A stretch of 64,000 nt of DNA. It comes from an uncultured Nitrospinota bacterium (GTDB lineage: Bacteria; Tectomicrobia; Entotheonellia; J063; CAVPRW01). Numbering within the stretch: position 1 is the stretch's first letter; every line of letters begins with the position of its first letter. A program made the translations under genes and the position numbers. The notes below the pieces were generated by a model. That model had not been told where the DNA came from. It was given only the letters and a program-made list of their open reading frames with translations, and ran no database searches. Shown one piece after another: positions 10,520 to 22,324 of the stretch. The stretch lies in the NCBI GenBank assembly GCA_963707985.1, contig CAVPRW010000023.1, positions 160,001 through 224,000 on the forward strand, in the 5' to 3' direction.

Positions 10520-11467
10520 GTGATCGGAAGAAGTCTCGCATACCTAGCACTCATCGTCTCAGACGTGGAGGCGACAGCTGCCACCTTCGTCCGTGACTTC
10601 GGGTTGGGGCGTACCAACTGTGCCGTTGGGGACACCCATCGCACGGTGCCCGTGTTCCGCATCGGCACCACTGTTGTGGCGCTCTTCCCACCGGGTCACC
10701 CCTTTGTTAGCAACGAATCGAAGACCGGGGTTCACCACATCGCCTTTGAAGTCGAGGATCTGGACGAAGCCGCGAGCACGGCAGGCGCTGCAGGAGTCCC
10801 TGCAGCGGAGCATGAGCCCAGCCGGGGTCTCGGCGGGGCTCGTCGCCTGATGCTCTCTCCTCAGGCAACGGTCGGGGTCAAGACGTACCTTTCAGAGCCC
10901 CTATCGGTCGCGCCGTCGCGCGCCAGCTGGGTTGAGCGCATCGACCACCTTGGCGTCGCCAGCGCTGATAATGACGCCGCTATGGACGTATTTTGCCGGC
11001 GGCTGGGCTGTCCGCTCGAGAGCACCCAGACGGACATGGAGGTCCAAATCGCGCTAGAAAGCTTCACCTCAGATAGGTACGGCGTCGTATACCACACCAG
11101 AGCGGCTGAGCCAGTCGGCGGACTGCGCGTGGCATTTGTCACTGTCGGCGATTGCGAGCTCGAATTTCTCCAGGATCTCTATGTCCCTCAAGGCGGCCAA
11201 GTGGCACATCGCGGTCCCGGCAGCACCAAGCAAGATCAGGGCGCCATCGGCCGCTTTATCGCTGCCCGCGGGCCCGGGCTGCACCACATCGCGCTCAAAG
11301 TCACGGACATCAATGGCGCGCTCGCAAGCTTGAAGGGCGCGGGCCATGCGCTGATCGATACATCCGGCCGGCCGGGATCTCGCCGCGCCTTGATTGGATT
11401 CATTCATCCAAAGACCCTCAATGGCGTTCTCATCCACCTTGTGCAGCGCGATGACCTCTCGAGGTAA
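10520..11467 (+). CDS. Two-domain VOC-family protein (methylmalonyl-CoA epimerase/glyoxalase-like)
   Basis: GVHHIAFEVEDL, RIDHLGVA, GPGLHHIALKVTDI, IGFIHPKTLNGVLIHLVQ. Confidence 0.85.
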   Translation: MIGRSLAYLALIVSDVEATAATFVRDFGLGRTNCAVGDTHRTVPVFRIGTTVVALFPPGHPFVSNESKTGVHHIAFEVEDLDEAASTAGAAGVPAAEHEPSRGLGGARRLMLSPQATVGVKTYLSEPLSVAPSRASWVERIDHLGVASADNDAAMDVFCRRLGCPLESTQTDMEVQIALESFTSDRYGVVYHTRAAEPVGGLRVAFVTVGDCELEFLQDLYVPQGGQVAHRGPGSTKQDQGAIGRFIAARGPGLHHIALKVTDINGALASLKGAGHALIDTSGRPGSRRALIGFIHPKTLNGVLIHLVQRDDLSR

Positions 11468-11612
11468 CGTCGCCTTCGACTCCACTGAGGAGGATTGTGG
11501 AGAGCGGATCACGGCACGTCGCGAGGCAGGTGTGTATGGCCAGCCCGGTCAACCGTGCGTACGAGAATCTCCGCGGTCACACCAGCGAGAATTGCGGCGT
11601 AATGCTGGGGTA

Positions 11613-12263
11613 CTATCGGCTCCGGCCTTGGTCAATATGGCACTTGGCGTCTGTCGATAGCACCCGCAGATAATGCTTACCCTGTCTGCGGCGCATCAGA
11701 AGGAAGCCGAGGGCGATTACAACGGCGGCGATCGCAACCCCGAGCAACAGATAGCGATGAATAGATGCAGACATCTGTTCCCATTCATCGCCGAGAACAA
11801 AACCGATGCTGATGAAGCTGCCGGACCAGAGCAGTCCTCCAAGGTAGGCATAGGTCGCGAACACTGGCAGGGGCAACCGCGACGACCCGGCCACATAGGC
11901 TGCCAGATGGCGTATACCAGGGATAAAATAGCTGATGACAAGCCCATACTTGCCCTTGCGCTCGTACCAGGTGCGAACCTGGTCGAGTTGCGCAGGTTCG
12001 ATATGCAAAAAGCGACCTAGACGAGTGACGAGATACGGCCCGAGCATTCGACCTAGTGCATAGCTGACGGTGATACCACAGATGCTGCCCAAAAACCCTG
12101 CGGCAAACGTGGGCAACGGCTCCAACTCGTGCTTGAAAATCAAATATCCGGCAAACATGAGCAACGTCTCATCAGGGATGGGGAGCCCCACGATCCCCAG
12201 CATGAGCAACCCAAAAATCCCTACGTAACCGTAATGCGCCACCCAGCCGAGCACTGTCGCCAT
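11613..12263 (-). CDS. dedA: DedA-family membrane protein
   Basis: GLPIPDETLLMFAG, YERKGK..ISYFIPGIRHLAAYVAG. Confidence 0.9.
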   Translation of the reverse strand: MATVLGWVAHYGYVGIFGLLMLGIVGLPIPDETLLMFAGYLIFKHELEPLPTFAAGFLGSICGITVSYALGRMLGPYLVTRLGRFLHIEPAQLDQVRTWYERKGKYGLVISYFIPGIRHLAAYVAGSSRLPLPVFATYAYLGGLLWSGSFISIGFVLGDEWEQMSASIHRYLLLGVAIAAVVIALGFLLMRRRQGKHYLRVLSTDAKCHIDQGRSR

Positions 12264-12268
12264 GGGAT

Positions 12269-13684
12269 TTACTGCTTCGTGTGATCGCGCACGGCAACCT
12301 GCCCCTGCCGCGAGAAATTGATCGACTCGCCGAGGATGCGGGCGGCCTCCTGCGGTGCATGAAAGCCCATCGAGTTCTCGGCTTCGACGAAGTCGAGGAA
12401 AAACTGGGCCCGGCGCTGAAAGTCCCGCGCCTTCGCTAGCTCAGCCTCACTCATACCGGCGGCACGGGCGGACTTGAGATCATTGATCAACTCCACGAGC
12501 GCGTCCATCGCCAGATTGCGCAGGGCAAAAGTACGCTCTTGAATGGTCTCGACGCGCGCCTTGAGCTCCGTTTCAGGCCAGCGGTGACAGGTCTGGCAGG
12601 CGAGGTTGATGTTCAACATCGGACTGCGCACGTGATGGTCGCTGATCTTCAATGCTCCCTCGCGTTTATAGGGCATATGACAGTCGGCGCAGGCGACCCC
12701 TGAACGCGCATGAATGCCCTGGTTCCAGAGCTCGAACTCGGGGTGCTGCGCCTTCAGCACCGGCGCGCCGCTCTCCGCGTGCGTCCAGTCTTTGAAGCCG
12801 ATCGCATCATAGTAGCCCAGTATGTCCTCGACTTTCAGCCCTCTGGCCCAGGGGTATACCAGGCGCTTTTCCGGGCCCTGGAAATAGTACTCGACATGAC
12901 ATTGGCCGCACACATAGGAGCGCATCTCCTGGCGCGTCGCCATCTTGTTGACATCATACTCGGGGATCCCCTGAGCTGCTTTGAGTGTGCGCATGCCTTC
13001 GATGAACCCCGGGCGTGTCACTCGTAGCTGCATGGTCGCTGCGTCATGGCAGTCGATACAGGCCACCGGATGGGTCACCAGCTGCCGAGCCTCGGCAAAC
13101 GGCATCTGATTCAGGCGCTCAAAACCCTTGATCAGGTCACCCTGGCCCAGCTGTTTATACGTCACATAAACCGACGCATGGCAGTGCAGGCATGTGCCAG
13201 GTTGTTGCACGACCTGCTGGCGCTCGGTGAAGGTTTGGTCCGCGAGCATATAGGCATGACCTCGATCCTCACGAAAATCCCTGGCAAAGGCATACCCAGC
13301 CCACATCGTCTTCAACCGGGGGTCCTCTTCGAGACGGGACTGAGCCACAATGGAGCGCGGATCGGCCTGTGCGGGGGTGCGTGGTACGGCCTCGCTGCCG
13401 CCAAAGCGTGTGCGCTGCTGGTCAACCGTGCGCAGATAGGCATCATATTGCAGGGGAAAGTTTTTACCCCAGAGGCTTGGATCGGTGGTCTCATCGTCGA
13501 GCTCGACTACCCGATAGAAAGGATTTCTGGCTTCCTGCTTGCGCTCGAAGATATTGATCAGCAGCGCCGCGCCTCCGGCCGCCAGAACCGCGGCAACAAA
13601 GGCGATAAGTAGGACCGGAACGTAGCGGCGGCGAGGTGGTGCACTCTCCCGTCGTGGGGGTGGCCGTCGAGGCGCTCTGGCCAT
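12269..13684 (-). CDS. nrfA: Ammonia-forming pentaheme cytochrome c nitrite reductase
   Basis: MWAGYAFARDFREDRGHAY; hemes CLHCH, CIDCH, CGQCHVEYYF, CADCH, CQTCH; LKAQHPEFE; AENSMGFHAPQE. Confidence 0.95.
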   Translation of the reverse strand: MARAPRRPPPRRESAPPRRRYVPVLLIAFVAAVLAAGGAALLINIFERKQEARNPFYRVVELDDETTDPSLWGKNFPLQYDAYLRTVDQQRTRFGGSEAVPRTPAQADPRSIVAQSRLEEDPRLKTMWAGYAFARDFREDRGHAYMLADQTFTERQQVVQQPGTCLHCHASVYVTYKQLGQGDLIKGFERLNQMPFAEARQLVTHPVACIDCHDAATMQLRVTRPGFIEGMRTLKAAQGIPEYDVNKMATRQEMRSYVCGQCHVEYYFQGPEKRLVYPWARGLKVEDILGYYDAIGFKDWTHAESGAPVLKAQHPEFELWNQGIHARSGVACADCHMPYKREGALKISDHHVRSPMLNINLACQTCHRWPETELKARVETIQERTFALRNLAMDALVELINDLKSARAAGMSEAELAKARDFQRRAQFFLDFVEAENSMGFHAPQEAARILGESINFSRQGQVAVRDHTKQ

Positions 13685-13726
13685 ATCTTCTCCTAGGTAA
13701 TGGTTGATCGCAAAATTCAGCCATGA

Positions 13727-14185
13727 TCAAAGGTGCCCAACCCCGCCATGGCAGCGTATACATGACAGCTGAACTCCTTCCTGATGCGGGCCTTCAATTG
13801 CCTCTACGATGGCACGATGACAGCTGCGACAGGCCTGCTCAGTGATCGCTCGATTGCGCCCCCCAATGCTCAAGGGCTCAGGAAATCTCCCGGTGGTGAA
13901 AGCGAAAGAGTGCCAGAAGCCATTCGAAGCCTTGGCCACGTATTTGGCCATAAAGCCGGCTGGTGTGTGACAATCATTACAGACCGCAACCATGCGATGA
14001 CTCGCCTTGATCCAGCCGTCATACTGCTCCTGCATAATGTGACAGTTCGCGCACGCAGCAGGATTGTCCGTCAGGTATGACGCCCCTCGGGCATACAGAA
14101 AGGTATAACTGCCGAGGCCAATCACCAGGCCCACGGCCATCCCAATCATGATGACTACTATCGTCTCGAACCTCACATCCACCAC
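13727..14185 (-). CDS. nrfH: Tetraheme NapC/NirT-type small subunit
   Basis: N-terminal TM helix, four CxxCH motifs, KASNGFWHS; directly upstream of nrfA. Confidence 0.95.
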   Translation of the reverse strand: MVDVRFETIVVIMIGMAVGLVIGLGSYTFLYARGASYLTDNPAACANCHIMQEQYDGWIKASHRMVAVCNDCHTPAGFMAKYVAKASNGFWHSFAFTTGRFPEPLSIGGRNRAITEQACRSCHRAIVEAIEGPHQEGVQLSCIRCHGGVGHL

Positions 14186-14218
14186 CTATAGCGGTTTTCA
14201 GATCAGCTTATGGCCGTA

Positions 14219-16876
14219 TCACCGCCTGCGCTTCACCCATTTCTCAATCTCCACAGCCACGAACACGAGTGCCGCGATGGCCAGGGTTGCCGCCAACTCT
14301 CCGAGGCTTAATGGCGCGGTTTTGAAGATGTGATTGAGAGCTGGTACATAAATGGTGGCCATTTGTAGGACGAATGTCAAGGCAACGGCGCTGAGGAGGG
14401 GTAGATTCGAAAACAATCCCTGACTGAAGAGTGATTCGTGCTCGGAGCGGATGGCCAGGACGTGCGCGAGTTGCGACAGACAGAGAACGGTAAATACCAT
14501 GGTCTGCCAGTGCGATGACCCACTGGCGAGAGACCAGGCTTGAGTGCCAAGCACCAGGGCTGCCATCAAGGGACCGACCCACAGCACATGGGCTCCGAGC
14601 CCGCGGGCGAAGATGCTCTCCTGTGGTGGGCGTGGCGGGCGGCGCATGATATGCGATTCTTCCGGCTCCGCCGTGAGCGCCAGACCGGGCAAGCCATCGG
14701 TGACCAGGTTGATCCAGAGGATTTGGATCGGCAGCAGTGGGATGGGTAAGCCGCAGAGAGGGGCCAGGAACATCGTCCAGATCTCGCCCGAGTTCGTGGT
14801 CACGGCATAGCGCACAAAGCGGCGGATATTGTCATAGATCCGGCGCCCCTCACGGACGGCTCGCACGATGGTGGCAAAATTGTCATCCAGGAGGATCATG
14901 GCACTGGCTTCTTTCGCGACATCCGTGCCTGCAATCCCCATGGCTACGCCAATATCGGCCCGTTTTAGCGCCGGGGCATCGTTCACTCCATCGCCGGTCA
15001 TCGCCACCAACTCCCCGCGCTCCTGCAGGGCTGTGACGATTTTCAATTTTTGCTCAGGCGCGACCCGGGCGTAGACCCGAATCTGCTCCACACGTGCTCT
15101 CAACTCCTCGGTTGAGAGCTGTGCCAGTTCTTCGCCGGTCAGCACACTGTCACCTTGATCCTGGATACCCAAGCGCTGGGCGATCGCTTTGGCGGTCAGC
15201 GGATGATCGCCGGTGATCATCACCGGGACAATCCCGGCGTCCTTGCATTGGGACACTGCCTGCCGTGCCTCCTCGCGGGGCGGGTCCATCAACCCGACAA
15301 AACCGAGGAGGATCAGGTCACGCTCCATGACCTCTGGCGTGATGGCCTCCGGCAGAAGCGACCAGCGCCGCATGGCGATGGCGAGAACGCGCAGACCATC
15401 GGCGGCCAGACGGTCATTGACGCCCAGCAATTGGGCAGAATCGAAGTCGATCGGCCCGGATGAGGAGGACATCTGCGTGGCACGCGCGAGAATGACTTCC
15501 ACCGCCCCCTTCGTCACCGCCAGAAACCCGCCTTCGGGGTCCTGGTGAACCGTGGTCATACATTTGCGGTCCGCATCGAAGGGGATCTCGGCAATGCGCG
15601 GATAGTCCCTTTCCAGGGCTAATTTCTCCAGACCGGCCTGGCGGGCGGCAACCGTGAGCGCCACCTCTGTGGGATCGCCGATCAAGGTCCCCGTCTCATC
15701 GGTACGAGCGTCGCTGCACAGTGCCATGGCGCGGAGCAGATCATTCCAAAGTGGGCCACGGCCCGGATGCTGCTCAAGCACTCCGTCGCAGTACAGGGCC
15801 TCGACCTGCATGCGATTCATGGTCAGAGTGCCGGTCTTATCGGTGCAGATGTAGGTGACCGAGCCCAGGGTTTCGACCGCCGGAAGGCGCCGGACGAGCG
15901 CATTGGTTCGCACCATCGCCCGGGCGCCGAGGGCCAGCGCGATGGTCACGACCGCGGGGAGAGCTTCGGGAATGGCCGCCACCGCCAGGCTGACGGCCGT
16001 AAGGAACATCAACAGCGCGGCCTCACCACGCCAGAGACCCATGACGAACACGACGGCGCAGATCACCAACGCTGCCATCGCCATGCGTCGGCCGAAATGG
16101 CTGAGCCGTCGCTGCAGGGGAGTCTTGACATCATCGGCTTGTTGCAGGAGCGTGGCGATTTTACCGAATTCGGTCGCCATGCCGGTGGCGACTACCACCC
16201 CGCGAGCGTGGCCGTAGGTGACTATTGTACCCTTATACGCCATATTGCTACGGTCGCCGAGGGGAGGTGTGGCATCGGAGATTGGATCGATCGACTTTTC
16301 GACTGGCATCGACTCGCCGGTGAGGGCCGATTCATCCACCCGCAGGTGTGCGGAGTCGAGGAGTCGGAGGTCGGCGGGGACGATGTTCCCCGCCTCGAGC
16401 CAGACGATATCACCTGGCACCAAGGCCGACGCTGGGAGCGACGCCATGCCGCCATCGCGCAGGACTGTCGCCGTCGGGGCAGCCATAGCCTTCAGCGCTT
16501 CCATGGCGCGGTCAGCTCGGTACTCCTGAATAAAGCCGATCACCGCGTTCAGGACGACGATGACGATGATGGCGATGGTATCTTTGGCTTCACCGATCAG
16601 GCCGGAGATGACGGCCGCAGCCAGGAGCACGAGGATCATGACGTCGGTGAACTGATCAACAAACATGCGCAAGGGAGTGCGGCGCTTCCCCTCGGTGATC
16701 TCGTTCGGACCGACAGCCGCGAGTCGTCGCTGCACCTCTTGTGCAGCCAACCCCTGCGGGGTGCTCCGCAGCGCCTCCACTACGGCCTCTACTGACATCT
16801 GGTGCCAGGGACGAGCGGTCTCAGGTGCAGCCGACGCTCGAGGTGACTCGTGATCCGCCGTGGCGCCGAGATTCAT
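14219..16876 (-). CDS. P2-type cation-transporting ATPase
   Basis: ESALTGES, PEALP, DKTGTLT, MITGDH, TGDGVNDAPALK. Confidence 0.95.
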   Translation of the reverse strand: MNLGATADHESPRASAAPETARPWHQMSVEAVVEALRSTPQGLAAQEVQRRLAAVGPNEITEGKRRTPLRMFVDQFTDVMILVLLAAAVISGLIGEAKDTIAIIVIVVLNAVIGFIQEYRADRAMEALKAMAAPTATVLRDGGMASLPASALVPGDIVWLEAGNIVPADLRLLDSAHLRVDESALTGESMPVEKSIDPISDATPPLGDRSNMAYKGTIVTYGHARGVVVATGMATEFGKIATLLQQADDVKTPLQRRLSHFGRRMAMAALVICAVVFVMGLWRGEAALLMFLTAVSLAVAAIPEALPAVVTIALALGARAMVRTNALVRRLPAVETLGSVTYICTDKTGTLTMNRMQVEALYCDGVLEQHPGRGPLWNDLLRAMALCSDARTDETGTLIGDPTEVALTVAARQAGLEKLALERDYPRIAEIPFDADRKCMTTVHQDPEGGFLAVTKGAVEVILARATQMSSSSGPIDFDSAQLLGVNDRLAADGLRVLAIAMRRWSLLPEAITPEVMERDLILLGFVGLMDPPREEARQAVSQCKDAGIVPVMITGDHPLTAKAIAQRLGIQDQGDSVLTGEELAQLSTEELRARVEQIRVYARVAPEQKLKIVTALQERGELVAMTGDGVNDAPALKRADIGVAMGIAGTDVAKEASAMILLDDNFATIVRAVREGRRIYDNIRRFVRYAVTTNSGEIWTMFLAPLCGLPIPLLPIQILWINLVTDGLPGLALTAEPEESHIMRRPPRPPQESIFARGLGAHVLWVGPLMAALVLGTQAWSLASGSSHWQTMVFTVLCLSQLAHVLAIRSEHESLFSQGLFSNLPLLSAVALTFVLQMATIYVPALNHIFKTAPLSLGELAATLAIAALVFVAVEIEKWVKRRR

Positions 16877-19618
16877 GACTGCGGGGACTCGACGCCAATG
16901 CGCGCATCGACGATCTGACACCCCTGGCCAGGGGGAAGAGCAAAGATGGGGTTGAGGTCAAGCTCGGTGATCTCGGGGATTTCTTCAACCATCAGCGAGA
17001 TGCGCAGGAGAACCTCCTCCAGGGCTTTCACGTCTGCCGGTGGATGCCCTCGGTAGCCCTCGAGCAAGCGGAAGCCACGAATCTCGCGCACCATCTCGCT
17101 CGCATCGCGGTCGGTCAGCGGCGTGATGCGGAAGCGCACGTCCCCCAGAATTTCCACATGGATGCCCCCCAGACCGAAGGCGATCAGCGGGCCAAACGAG
17201 GGGTCAGTGGTGACCCCGACCATCACCTCCACACCGCCGGTCAGCATGGGTTGGACCAGCACGCCTTCCATGGCCTGCACGTTGTCGTGCTCGGCAAGGC
17301 GCTGGCGGATGGTCGCGAAGGCCTGTCGCACCGCGGCCTCGTCCGTGAGATTGAGGAAGATGCCGCCCATCTCGGTCTTGTGGACGATCACATGCGAAGC
17401 CAGCTTCACAGCCACGGGAAAGCCGATACGCCGCGCCAGTTCCGCCGCTTCGTCGGCTGTCCGCGCCACCCCACCTGGTGCCACCGGCAAGCCCATGGCG
17501 GTCAAGACTTGTCGGGTTTCCTCTGTGTTGAGCCAACCGCTGCCGCGCTGTGCGAGAGCTTGACGACACGTCTGACGAGCGCCTTCAGCATCGATATCAT
17601 CGAACTCCAAGAACATGCCCACCGGTTGCGCGCACCACTCCGCGTAATCAGCCACCTTGCTCAGGACACGAGCTGTCGTCTCCGGAAAGGCATACGTCGG
17701 AACGCACTCATGCGCGAGCTGTAATGGCAGGGTGGTGCCCTCTTCTACCATCAACGAGGCCAGGACCGGTTTGCCTATGCCTCCCGCCTGCCGCCCAGCC
17801 TCGATGCCGGCGTGGATAGCGTCGAGGATCGCCGGCCGCTGGGAGGTGTCCACCGGGATGTAGATCACCACCAAGCACGTCGATTTCATCGCAGGACAAC
17901 AGCGTCTCAATGGTCTGACGATAATGGTCCGGACCCGCCGAGGCGATCATATCGACCGGATTGCTCAGGCTCGCCTGTGGTGGAAGAAAGGCTGACAGGC
18001 GGGCTTTGGTTGCCGAGGACAATTCCGGAACCAACAGTCCACCGGCCTCGCAGGTATCGGCGCAGAGAATCCCCGGGCCACCGGCATTGGTGATAATGGC
18101 GACGCGCCGCCCCTGTGGCAGGGGCTGGCTCGCCAGCGCGGCAGCGACATCGAACATCTCGGCCAGCGTGTCCGCCCGAATGACGCCGGTCTGCCGGAAT
18201 AAGGCATCAACGGCGACGTCATTGGCCGCCAGGGCGGCTGTGTGGGAGCCCGCCGCACGTCGTCCCGCCCCGGTTCGACCACTTTTCACCGCGATAATCG
18301 GCTTGCGCCGGCTGACGCGGCGGGCGATGCGCGCAAAGCGCCGCGGGTTGCCGAAGGACTCCAGGTAGAGGAGGATGACATCGGTCTGCTCGTCTTCCTC
18401 CCAAAATTGCAGCAGGTCGTTGCCGGAGACGTCGGCCTTATTCCCGACGCTGACAAAGGTCGACAGCCCTAACTGTAGCCGCCGCGCCAGCGCCAGGATA
18501 GCCAGCCCGAGGGCACCGCTCTGAGACGACATGGCGATGCGGCCCGGCGGTGGAAACACCGGCGAAAAGGAAGCGTTCAGGTGCACTGCCGGATCGGTAT
18601 TCAGTAGCCCCAGGCAGTTCGGACCTACCATGCGCATGCCGTACCCACGGACCTTTTCTACCAGGCGCTGCTGTATCTCGCGCCCCTCAGCGCTGACCTC
18701 GGCGAAGCCCGCCGTGATCACCACGAGGGCTTTGACCCCGCGCTCGGCACAGTCATCCACCACCGGTAGCACGGCATCACGCGGCACCGCGATCACTGCC
18801 AGATCAATTGGTTCCGGGATCTCACGCACCGAGGGGTAGGCACGTATCGAGCCCACCACCGTTGCCTTCGGATTGACCGGATACACTGGACCTTGAAAAC
18901 GGTTCATGATGAGCGCTTCAAGGAGTCTATAGCCGATGCTGGTCGGGTCGCGCGAAGCACCGACGACGGCCACCGAGACTGGGCGAAAGAGCGGACGGAG
19001 TGAGGCGGTGGTGAAGAGGCGGTCGAGCAATTCCGAGCGCGCCACGCTTGCCTCGGTGGGCAACACTGAAAAAGACAGGTGGACGTAGCCGTGATCGAAT
19101 TTCTCCTGGAGCTTGAACCCAGACCTGCGAAACACTTCCAGCATTGGCCGGTTGTCCACGTGAGTTACCGCCCAGAAGTGCGTGATGCCGTGATTGACTG
19201 CCAGCTGCGCCAGACGTTCCAGCAGCAGCGAGGCCAACCCCTTGCCGTGAAACGCGTCATCCACGGCAAACGCGACCTCGGCGAGATGATCTCGCTCCTT
19301 CTCGGTGAGATACGAGCCCGTGGCAATGATGTGTGGACTCCCGCCGCTGGTACGGCTGACCAAGAGGCTGAGTTGTTGACGTGGATTGGTGGGATCACAG
19401 AGCGCATTCACCCAATCGCCTCGCGGCGTGGCCAGTGAGAAAAAGCGCTTTTGCCTCGACTCGGGAGAGAGCTGATCGAAAAAGGCGAGGAGGGCTTCGC
19501 GATCATCGGGCTGGACGATACGGATGGTGGCAGTCGAGCCGTCTCGTAAGATAAGCCTTCCGGATGCCGCCGAATCCTGATAGGGTGCCGGCAAATAGAT
19601 CGGATGTACCTGAGCCAC
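16873..19618 (-). CDS. GNAT + CoA-binding + ATP-grasp protein (Pat-type acetyltransferase / acyl-CoA ligase); frameshift near 17874
   Basis: AEVAFAVDDAFHGKGL (GNAT), VAVVGASRD, GPNCLG, SQSGALG, TNAGGPGIL, HKTEMGG, ELDLNPI. Confidence 0.9.
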
Positions 19619-19741
19619 TGCCTATCCCTCCTCGAAAAAATTGCATCCCAATTGAGCCAGTAAACGCAGCCTCTTAATACATAGGCGCCAGGATACGCAC
19701 CTCGCTGGTGTCCCTCTCCCCTGGGAGAGGGGGCTTACCCC

Positions 19742-20833
19742 TCAACAGATGCGGGGCAATTGCTCCCCGCTCAGCATATCGACGATACGTGTGGCGCCAA
19801 TGGCGGTCTGCATCGTCACGCCGCCTACGTCTGCAGCAACCCGTTCGCTCCTCGTGGCGACCTGCCCGATGATACTCGCTTCGCGACCAAGGGGCTGAGC
19901 TTGCATGATGGCTAGGGCACGCGCGGCCTCTGACGCAGGGACGAAGGCGAGGAATTGCCCCTCGTTGGCGACATAGGACGGATCGAGGCCAAGGATTTCG
20001 CACGCCCCCTGGACATCCTCATGGACAGGGATCTGCCGTTCGTCGATGCTGATTTGCAGTTGAGCGGCTTCTGCAAGCTCGACCAACGCGGTCGCCAGGC
20101 CCCCACGCGTTAGGTCTCGCAGACAGTGAATGTCAAGACCGGCATCCAGGAGATGCAATACTAACTCAGCCACGGGAGCACAATCGCTCTCGATGGTACT
20201 CTCGAAGGCCAAGCCTTCGCGGACAGCCATGATTGCCATGCCATGACGGCCAACATCGCCGCTCAAGAGAATGGCGTCGCCCGGCCGAATGCTGTGAGGA
20301 GCGATGATGTGGCGATGGGAGACGACCCCAATCCCGGTGGTATTGATGAAGATGCCGTCCCCCTTGCCTTTATCCACGACTTTGGTGTCCCCGGTGACGA
20401 ACTGCACCTGCGCCACCTCCGCGGCACGGTGCATGGATTGCACCACGCGCCAGAGGGTTTCCATGGGTAATCCTTCCTCGATGATGAGCCCCACGCTGAG
20501 ATATAAAGGACGTGCCCCACACATAGCGAGATCGTTGACCGTACCGTTGACGGCTAAGGTGCCGATATCCCCGCCGGGGAAGAAAAGCGGCTGTACCACA
20601 TAGGAGTCGGTCGTGAATGCCAGTCGAGACCGGCATTGATTCGTCTCATCGGTCATGTCGATCAGGGCCCCATCGTGCCGCGTCTCGAGGAGCGCGTTGC
20701 CAAGGGCCGGCAAGAACATCCTTTCGATGAGCTGATGTGTTAATCTGCCGCCTCCCCCGTGTGCAAGCAGCACGTGTGGATAGTCCGCGATGGGGATGGG
20801 GCAACTGAGGGCAATATTTGAGGCACGTTTCAC
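19742..20833 (-). CDS. hypE: Hydrogenase maturation protein HypE
   Basis: [26 protein letters not shown]-terminal GEQLPRIC. Confidence 0.95.
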   Translation of the reverse strand: MKRASNIALSCPIPIADYPHVLLAHGGGGRLTHQLIERMFLPALGNALLETRHDGALIDMTDETNQCRSRLAFTTDSYVVQPLFFPGGDIGTLAVNGTVNDLAMCGARPLYLSVGLIIEEGLPMETLWRVVQSMHRAAEVAQVQFVTGDTKVVDKGKGDGIFINTTGIGVVSHRHIIAPHSIRPGDAILLSGDVGRHGMAIMAVREGLAFESTIESDCAPVAELVLHLLDAGLDIHCLRDLTRGGLATALVELAEAAQLQISIDERQIPVHEDVQGACEILGLDPSYVANEGQFLAFVPASEAARALAIMQAQPLGREASIIGQVATRSERVAADVGGVTMQTAIGATRIVDMLSGEQLPRIC

Positions 20834-20876
20834 GGCACGCCATCCTTTAGCAAGGGAACGAGAGCTCCCACGCAGG

Positions 20877-21962
20877 TCAAAATCTACGGTAACGATAATA
20901 CGCTGCACATGCTCCCTCCGAGGAGACCATGGTAGCGCCGAGCGGGCGCTCTGGGGTACAGCTCGTCGCGAAGGCCGGGCAGTCGTGAGGCTTTTTGATG
21001 CCTTGCAGGATAAGCCCGCTCATACATAGTGAGGATTCCGGCCGGAGATGATCGGCGACACCAAAGCGCTGTTCGGCGTCAAACTTGACGTATGGTTCCC
21101 GGAGCCCCAAACCGCTGTGCGCGATCTCGCCAATCCCCCGCCACTGTCGCGGTATTACTCGAAAGATCTGCTGAATTAATTGCTGCGCTAGCTGGTTGCC
21201 TTGCCGGCGCACGGCACGACGATATTGGTTCTCCACCTGAGCCCGCCCCTCCTCCAGCTGCCTGACGCACATATAGATGCCCTGCAAAATATCCAACGGC
21301 TCAAAGCCGGTGACCACAATCGGCACGCCATACGTGCGGGCGAGCGGCTCGTATTCGGTGTATCCCATGACGGTGCAGACATGCCCAGCGGCGAGGAATC
21401 CGTGGACGCGGTTCTGTGGCGAGGTGAGTATGGCCTCCATCGCCGGAGGCACGAGGACATGCGACACCAGAAGTGAGAAATTATCGAGTCCCTGCTGCTC
21501 AGCTTGATAGACGGCCATGGCGTTGGCAGGTGCAGTGGTCTCGAACCCGACGGCAAAGAAGACCACTTCCTTGTGCGGATGCTCTTCGGCCGTACGCAAA
21601 GCGTCCATGGGTGAGTAGACGATGCGCACATCACCCCCCCGGGCTTTCACCGCTAGCAGGTCGCGGCCCGTTCCAGGCACCCGCAACATATCCCCGAAGG
21701 AGCAGAAAATGACCTCTGGGCGGGCCGCGATCTCGATGGCTTTGTCGATCATTTCTATAGGTGTAACGCAGACCGGACAACCTGGACCATGGACGAGTGC
21801 GATGTTCTGCGGTAGCAACTCATCGATCCCAAATCTCACGATCGCATGGGTCTGTCCACCGCAGACCTCCATGATGGTCCAGCTCTGCGTCGTCCGCTGA
21901 GCAAGGGCCTCAGCAAACCGCCGTGCCGCTTCGGCATCCCGATATTCGTCGATGAAACGCAT
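20877..21962 (-). CDS. hypD: Hydrogenase maturation protein HypD
   Basis: [32 protein letters not shown]. Confidence 0.95.
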   Translation of the reverse strand: MRFIDEYRDAEAARRFAEALAQRTTQSWTIMEVCGGQTHAIVRFGIDELLPQNIALVHGPGCPVCVTPIEMIDKAIEIAARPEVIFCSFGDMLRVPGTGRDLLAVKARGGDVRIVYSPMDALRTAEEHPHKEVVFFAVGFETTAPANAMAVYQAEQQGLDNFSLLVSHVLVPPAMEAILTSPQNRVHGFLAAGHVCTVMGYTEYEPLARTYGVPIVVTGFEPLDILQGIYMCVRQLEEGRAQVENQYRRAVRRQGNQLAQQLIQQIFRVIPRQWRGIGEIAHSGLGLREPYVKFDAEQRFGVADHLRPESSLCMSGLILQGIKKPHDCPAFATSCTPERPLGATMVSSEGACAAYYRYRRF

Positions 21963-22064
21963 GTGGCCCTCCTCCCACGCTGCCCATCGGCGGCAGGTGA
22001 TGCTTCCAGACGATGTTCCCTCACCCTCCGGCAGCGGGATGCAAGTCGGCCTTCCGACTCTCGG

Positions 22065-22313
22065 TCAACTCGCCTCCAGGTCGCTCAATTCATTCATCTG
22101 GCGGAGGTATTCAAATACCTCTTGTGCTGCCGTTTCGTCCAACGTGCTGATGGCGAAGCCGACATGCACAAGAACGTAGTCGCCGATGTGCGCCTCGGGA
22201 ACATAAGCGAGATTGACTTCTTTGACGATCCCGCCAAACCCCACTCTGCCAGTTCGCATGAGTGGCTCTGCATCGCTGATGCTAATGATCTTGCCGGGAA
22301 CCGCCAGACACAT
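22065..22313 (-). CDS. hypC: Hydrogenase chaperone HypC
   Basis: MCLAVPGKI, GDYVLVHVGFAI. Confidence 0.95.
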   Translation of the reverse strand: MCLAVPGKIISISDAEPLMRTGRVGFGGIVKEVNLAYVPEAHIGDYVLVHVGFAISTLDETAAQEVFEYLRQMNELSDLEAS

Positions 22314-22324
22314 AGTGTTCTCCC

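Noticed and set aside
13700..13735. TTGAT...ATCAA as an FNR box before nrfA
   Set aside because: Half-sites are 17 nt apart rather than 4; CRP-like candidates near 30700 and 32480 also have wrong spacing.
15767..16795. Long plus-strand ORFs opposite the metabolic island (and 257-1378, 4446-5549)
   Set aside because: Antisense shadows of high-GC genes with no recognisable motifs.
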